DNA from: Ranitomeya imitator
Taxonomy: Eukaryota
Reading direction: 5' to 3'
NCBI RefSeq assembly: GCF_032444005.1
Contig: NC_091283.1
Coordinates: 247,628,001 to 247,692,000, forward strand
Length of the DNA stretch: 64,000 nt
Part shown: positions 59,753 through 64,000 of the stretch, piece by piece
Layout: each line of letters opens with the position of its first letter
Numbering within the stretch: the stretch's first letter is position 1
Made by a program: the position numbers and the translations under genes
Notes under the pieces: generated by a model
What the model was told of the DNA's origin: nothing
Database searches by the model: none
The model's input: only the letters and a program-made list of their open reading frames with translations

Positions 59753-62700
59753 ATGGCAGACGATCAGCGTTTACAGCGGTACATCCAGCAGCTGGAGGGA
59801 AGGTTGGCGGCTCTAGAGCGTTCAACCTCAGCTGTGGATGTCACTGCTGTCGCTGTTCAGGCTGCAAGTGTAGCCGCAGCCAGTTTGTCCGCTGCCACCT
59901 CTGCCCCGACTTTATCCCGTCTCCCGCTTCCTGACAAGTTTGCTGGTGACAGTAAACAATGTCGCGGATTCGTAAGCCAGTGCTCCATACACCTCGAGCT
60001 CCTGGCGGCGCGTTTCCCTATGGAACTGGCGAAAGTGGGATTTATTTTATCTCTCTTGTCGGGCAGGGCGTTGGAGTGGGCAACGCCACTTTGGGAGCAT
60101 GATGACCGTGTGGTACAGAGTGCTCCGCTCTTTCTGGACGCTCTGAAGCAGGTCTTTTTGGGACCCCGCATTACACACGATACCGCGCTCCAGTTATTGA
60201 CAATCACTCAGGGCTCGTCCGTGGTCAGCCAGTTTGCCATCCAGTTCCGGACTCTAGCCTCGGAGTTAGAATGGTCGGATACAGTTCTAATTCCGGTGTT
60301 CTGGAGGGGACTGGCAGACCACGTGAAGGACGCCTTAGCCACCAGGGAGATACCCGCCACACTGGAGGAGCTTATTTCTCTATCTACCCGCATCGACCTC
60401 CGTTTTCACGAACGAAGGTTAGAGCAGACCCAGTGTAGGCAGAGGTTTAGACTGGCTCCCACCTTCGCCAGACCTCTTGAATCTTCCGTTTTGGCGTCCG
60501 ACTCCCATGAGCCCATGGAGGTTTCTCGAGCGGGACCTAAGTCTCAGGCCGCTCGAGTACCCATGGTTTGTAAAAATTGTCACCAACGAGGACATTACAC
60601 TAATAAATGTCCACGGCGGTCGGGAAAACGACCGCGTCTAGTAACCTTAGGGGGAGGTTCACTAGACACAGCGGCTTTCTCCTCCAAACTGTCCTTTAAA
60701 GGGACAATCCTGTTTGACTCATCCACTCTAACAGTCGAGCTTTGTGTGGACTCAGGAGCAGAGGGAAATTTCATGTCCTCTGCTTTTGCTCTGCGCCACG
60801 CTGTACCAGTTGTGAATGGGTCGACACTTCCACAACAAATCACACACCAGACTGTTCCATTCTCGTTGTCCATGTCCCCTTCCCACCAGGAGATTATTTC
60901 CCTTCTAGTCCTTCCTGAGGGAATGGATGAGATTTTACTGGGAATACCCTGGCTCCGTTACCACTCCCCACATATTGAGTGGTCCTCAGGGAGAATATTG
61001 GGTTGGAGTAAGTCTTTTATGGGCAGGTGTGTGAGTGAGTGTGTACAGGTCTCTACTACCGAGGTACCCGCAGACCTTTCATCTCTTCCAAGGTGCTATT
61101 GGTGCTATGCAGATGTATTCTCTAAAAAGGCAGCAGAGACTCTACCGCCTCATCGCCCCTATGACTGTCCTATTGACCTCTTGCCTGGAGCTGAACCTCC
61201 TCGGGGAAGGGTATATCCCCTCTCTCTCCCTGAGATGGAGGCTATGTCTCAATACATCCAGGAGAATTTGGCAAGAGGGTTCATTAGGAAGTCAGTGTCT
61301 CCTGCAGGGGCGGGATTCTTCTTCGTACAGAAGAAGAACGGGGAATTACATCCTTGCATCGATTACAGGGGTCTCAATGCTATCACCATTAAAAATAAGT
61401 ACCCGTTGCCCCTGATATCGGAGCTCTTTGACAGGCTAAGGGGAGCACAGATATTCACCAAACTAGATCTGCAGGGTGCCTACAACCTGATTCGCATCCG
61501 TGAGGGGGACGAATGGAAAACGGCTTTCAATACCAGGGATGGGCACTATGAGTACCTGGTGATGCCCTTCGGGCTCTGTAATGCCCCAGCCGTTTTTCAA
61601 AACTTTGTCAACGATATCTTCCGGGATATGCTTTCCACCTCGGTTGTAGTCTATCTGGATGATATTCTCATCTTCTCTCCAGATATTGACTCCCACCGGA
61701 GAGATGTTGGCAGAGTCTTCGAACTCTTACGGGCGAATTCTCTTTATGCAAAGTTGGAGAAGTGTGTGTTTGAGCAGGAGTCTTTACCTTTCCTGGGCTA
61801 TATCATCTCGGCCCAGGGATTGGCTATGGATCCTGCCAAACTACAGGCTGTGATGGACTGGCAAGAACCCCATTCTCTTAAAGCGGTGCAGCGCTTTATG
61901 GGGTTCATAAATTACTATCGCCAGTTCATCCCCCACTCCTCCACTTTGGTAGCTCCCTTGGTATCCCTCACCAAGAAGGGAGCGAATCCCAAATTGTGGT
62001 CGGAAGAGGTCTCCAAGGCCTTCACTTCTATAAAGTCCCATTTTGCTAGCGCTCCCATCTTACATCGTCCCGATGTGGATAAGCCATTCCTTATGGAGGT
62101 GGATGCCTCATCCGTTGGTGCTGGAGCAGTTCTCTATCAAAAGGATGCTCAAGGTCGGAAGCATCCATGCTTCTTCTTCTCAAAGACCTTCACACCAGCG
62201 GAGAGAAATTACTCCATCGAGGATAGGGAGTTGCTAGCAATGAAGTTGGCCTTTTCAGAGTGGAGACATCTTTTGGAGGGTGCTCGGTTTCCATTCCAAG
62301 TCTTCACGGACCACAAAAATTTGGTCTATTTGCGTACAGCCCAGCGGCTGAATTCTCGTCAGTCCAGATGGTCCTTGTTTTTCTCCTGGTTCCACTTCAC
62401 TCTACATTATCTCGCCGGGGAGAAGAACATTCGTGCTGATGCTCTCTCTCGCTCCCTTGTGTCAACTGAAGAGGAGGAGGAGGAGCCTCGGCTTATTGTC
62501 CCTTCGGAGAGTCTGAGAACCGTAGCTCTGGTTTCGCTTGAGTCTGTGCCTCCGGGCAAGACTTTTGTTCCCATCAATTTGCGACCGGAGGTTCTCTCTT
62601 GGGCTCATTCGTCCAGAGTGGGTGGACACTTTGGGGCAAAGAGGACATCTGAGTTGCTGGCGAGAATGTACTGGTGGCCACATATGGTTCGTGACGTCGG

Positions 62701-63739
62701 AGACTACGTTCGGGCATGTGTCTCTTGTGCCAAAAATAAGTCTCTCCGTCAATGGCCAGCTGGTTTGTTATACCCTCTGCCGGTGGCAGACAGGCCCTGG
62801 GAGATGGTCGGGATGGACTTTGTGGTTGGTTTGCCCAAGTCTCGTGGCTGTACCATCATTTGGGTAATCACCGACCATTTTTCTAAAATGGTGCATTTGG
62901 TGACGCTTCCTCGGCTACCTTCTGCACGGGCCTTGGCAGCGTTATTTATTAAACACATCTTCCGTCTTCACGGTATGCCAGACAAAATTGTCAGTGATCG
63001 GGGTCCCCAGTTTGCGTCTCGGTTCTGGAAAGAGCTTTGTCATCTTCTCAGTATTGAGTTAAATCTCTCTTCGGCATATCATCCCGAGACGAATGGGTTG
63101 GTGGAGAGAGCCAACCAGACCTTGGTCACATATCTGCGACATTTTGTCTCTGCTAGGCAAGATGACTGGGCATCTTTGCTACCGTGGGCGGAGTTTGCTC
63201 TGAACAATGCTATAGCTGACTCCACTGGACAGACCCCATTCCTCCTTAACTATGGTCAGCATCCGCGGGTACCTGTGCCGATGCCCGTGTCTTCCGCCGA
63301 TTCCAGGGTGGCAGACTGGGCTGTGGAGGCACGGGACATTTGGGATCGCACTCAGGATGCCATTCGAGCTTCCAAGGAGAGAATGAGGTCCTCCGCCGAC
63401 GCACATCGGCGCCCCGCTCCAACCTTTGCTCCTGGCGACTTAGTGTGGCTCTCCGCCCGTAACATCAGGCTGCGAGTTGAGTCTACTAAGTTCGCACCTC
63501 GCTATTTAGGTCCTTTTAAGGTCCTCGAACAGGTTAATCCTGTGGTTTACCGTCTAGCCCTTCCTCCACGCCTAGGTATCACCGACACCTTTCATGTGTC
63601 CCTCCTTAAGCCCGTGTACATGTCCCGGTTTTCTGAGTCATCTACTGGGACGTCGGGTTCGTCTACGGACGATTACGAGGTGAACGCTATATTGGGGTAC
63701 AAGGTGGTTTGTGGCAAAAAATGTTATTTGGTGGACTAG
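59753..63739 (+). CDS. Gypsy C gag-pol polyprotein, stopped within the chromodomain
   Basis: CKNCHQRGHYTNKC, VDSGA, YLDD, RNase H, integrase and GPF motifs. TAG replaces the Trp of YLVDW, and RGYGPEDRSWEP continues in frame after it. Confidence 0.92.
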   Translation: MADDQRLQRYIQQLEGRLAALERSTSAVDVTAVAVQAASVAAASLSAATSAPTLSRLPLPDKFAGDSKQCRGFVSQCSIHLELLAARFPMELAKVGFILSLLSGRALEWATPLWEHDDRVVQSAPLFLDALKQVFLGPRITHDTALQLLTITQGSSVVSQFAIQFRTLASELEWSDTVLIPVFWRGLADHVKDALATREIPATLEELISLSTRIDLRFHERRLEQTQCRQRFRLAPTFARPLESSVLASDSHEPMEVSRAGPKSQAARVPMVCKNCHQRGHYTNKCPRRSGKRPRLVTLGGGSLDTAAFSSKLSFKGTILFDSSTLTVELCVDSGAEGNFMSSAFALRHAVPVVNGSTLPQQITHQTVPFSLSMSPSHQEIISLLVLPEGMDEILLGIPWLRYHSPHIEWSSGRILGWSKSFMGRCVSECVQVSTTEVPADLSSLPRCYWCYADVFSKKAAETLPPHRPYDCPIDLLPGAEPPRGRVYPLSLPEMEAMSQYIQENLARGFIRKSVSPAGAGFFFVQKKNGELHPCIDYRGLNAITIKNKYPLPLISELFDRLRGAQIFTKLDLQGAYNLIRIREGDEWKTAFNTRDGHYEYLVMPFGLCNAPAVFQNFVNDIFRDMLSTSVVVYLDDILIFSPDIDSHRRDVGRVFELLRANSLYAKLEKCVFEQESLPFLGYIISAQGLAMDPAKLQAVMDWQEPHSLKAVQRFMGFINYYRQFIPHSSTLVAPLVSLTKKGANPKLWSEEVSKAFTSIKSHFASAPILHRPDVDKPFLMEVDASSVGAGAVLYQKDAQGRKHPCFFFSKTFTPAERNYSIEDRELLAMKLAFSEWRHLLEGARFPFQVFTDHKNLVYLRTAQRLNSRQSRWSLFFSWFHFTLHYLAGEKNIRADALSRSLVSTEEEEEEPRLIVPSESLRTVALVSLESVPPGKTFVPINLRPEVLSWAHSSRVGGHFGAKRTSELLARMYWWPHMVRDVGDYVRACVSCAKNKSLRQWPAGLLYPLPVADRPWEMVGMDFVVGLPKSRGCTIIWVITDHFSKMVHLVTLPRLPSARALAALFIKHIFRLHGMPDKIVSDRGPQFASRFWKELCHLLSIELNLSSAYHPETNGLVERANQTLVTYLRHFVSARQDDWASLLPWAEFALNNAIADSTGQTPFLLNYGQHPRVPVPMPVSSADSRVADWAVEARDIWDRTQDAIRASKERMRSSADAHRRPAPTFAPGDLVWLSARNIRLRVESTKFAPRYLGPFKVLEQVNPVVYRLALPPRLGITDTFHVSLLKPVYMSRFSESSTGTSGSSTDDYEVNAILGYKVVCGKKCYLVD

Positions 63740-64000
63740 AGGGGTTACGGTCCTGAGGATAGATCCTGGGAGCCTGCTGAGCACATTCGGGCTCCGCAGC
63801 TCATTGCTGCCTTCGAACGTGGCGAGGTCAAAGGAGGGGGGACCCTAGGGGGGGTAATGTTAGGGGTCGAGTTCCCGCTTCTGCACAGGGGGAATCTCGG
63901 GCCGCTTCTGCTGCGGTCTCCCATTCCTCTCCTGCCGCAGGTAAACCCGCTCAGCAGAGACGTCGGTCCTTGCGTCTGGCTCAGTCTCACTCTGTGCTTA

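Larger units (their letters stand above)
58364..64000 (+). mobile_element. Gypsy C: chromovirus LTR retrotransposon (3' LTR runs off the window)
   Basis: 5' LTR 58364-59293 (TG..CA), PPT before 63858, 3' LTR from 63858. The 5' LTR lacks 27 bp between CCGCTTCTGC direct repeats. Confidence 0.93.

Overview
Eukaryotic, repeat-rich genomic DNA, most likely from a frog (inferred from FAX-box/KRAB-like C2H2 zinc-finger genes of the Xenopus XlCOF/XlCGF type). The host scaffold is two tandem paralogous minus-strand ZNF genes. Copy A has only its 5' exons in the window (635-1412). Copy B spans about 31 kb (43213 to 12723), ends in an 11-finger exon and carries a frameshift. Most of the remaining sequence is transposon-derived. 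(1) A 7.6-kb PIF/Harbinger element (3638-11240) with two spliced, apparently open genes: a DDE transposase and a MADF(+BESS-like) protein. (2) Three Tf1/sushi-type chromodomain Ty3/Gypsy elements, two of them nested inside an intron of ZNF-B; these two show a self-priming signature instead of a tRNA PBS. (3) The 5' part of an ERV-L-like (class III) retrovirus with a tRNA-Leu PBS, interrupted by the third Gypsy. (4) Several TTAA-flanked piggyBac-type non-autonomous elements carrying satellites and telomere-like repeats. (5) A decayed Tc1, a Penelope-like remnant, L2 3' ends, hAT and Harbinger MITEs, and long foldback palindromes. Most long ORFs in the track over tandem repeats are artefacts. 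Splice models, alignments and difference counts were done by eye, and family assignments rest on recalled motifs, not on database searches.
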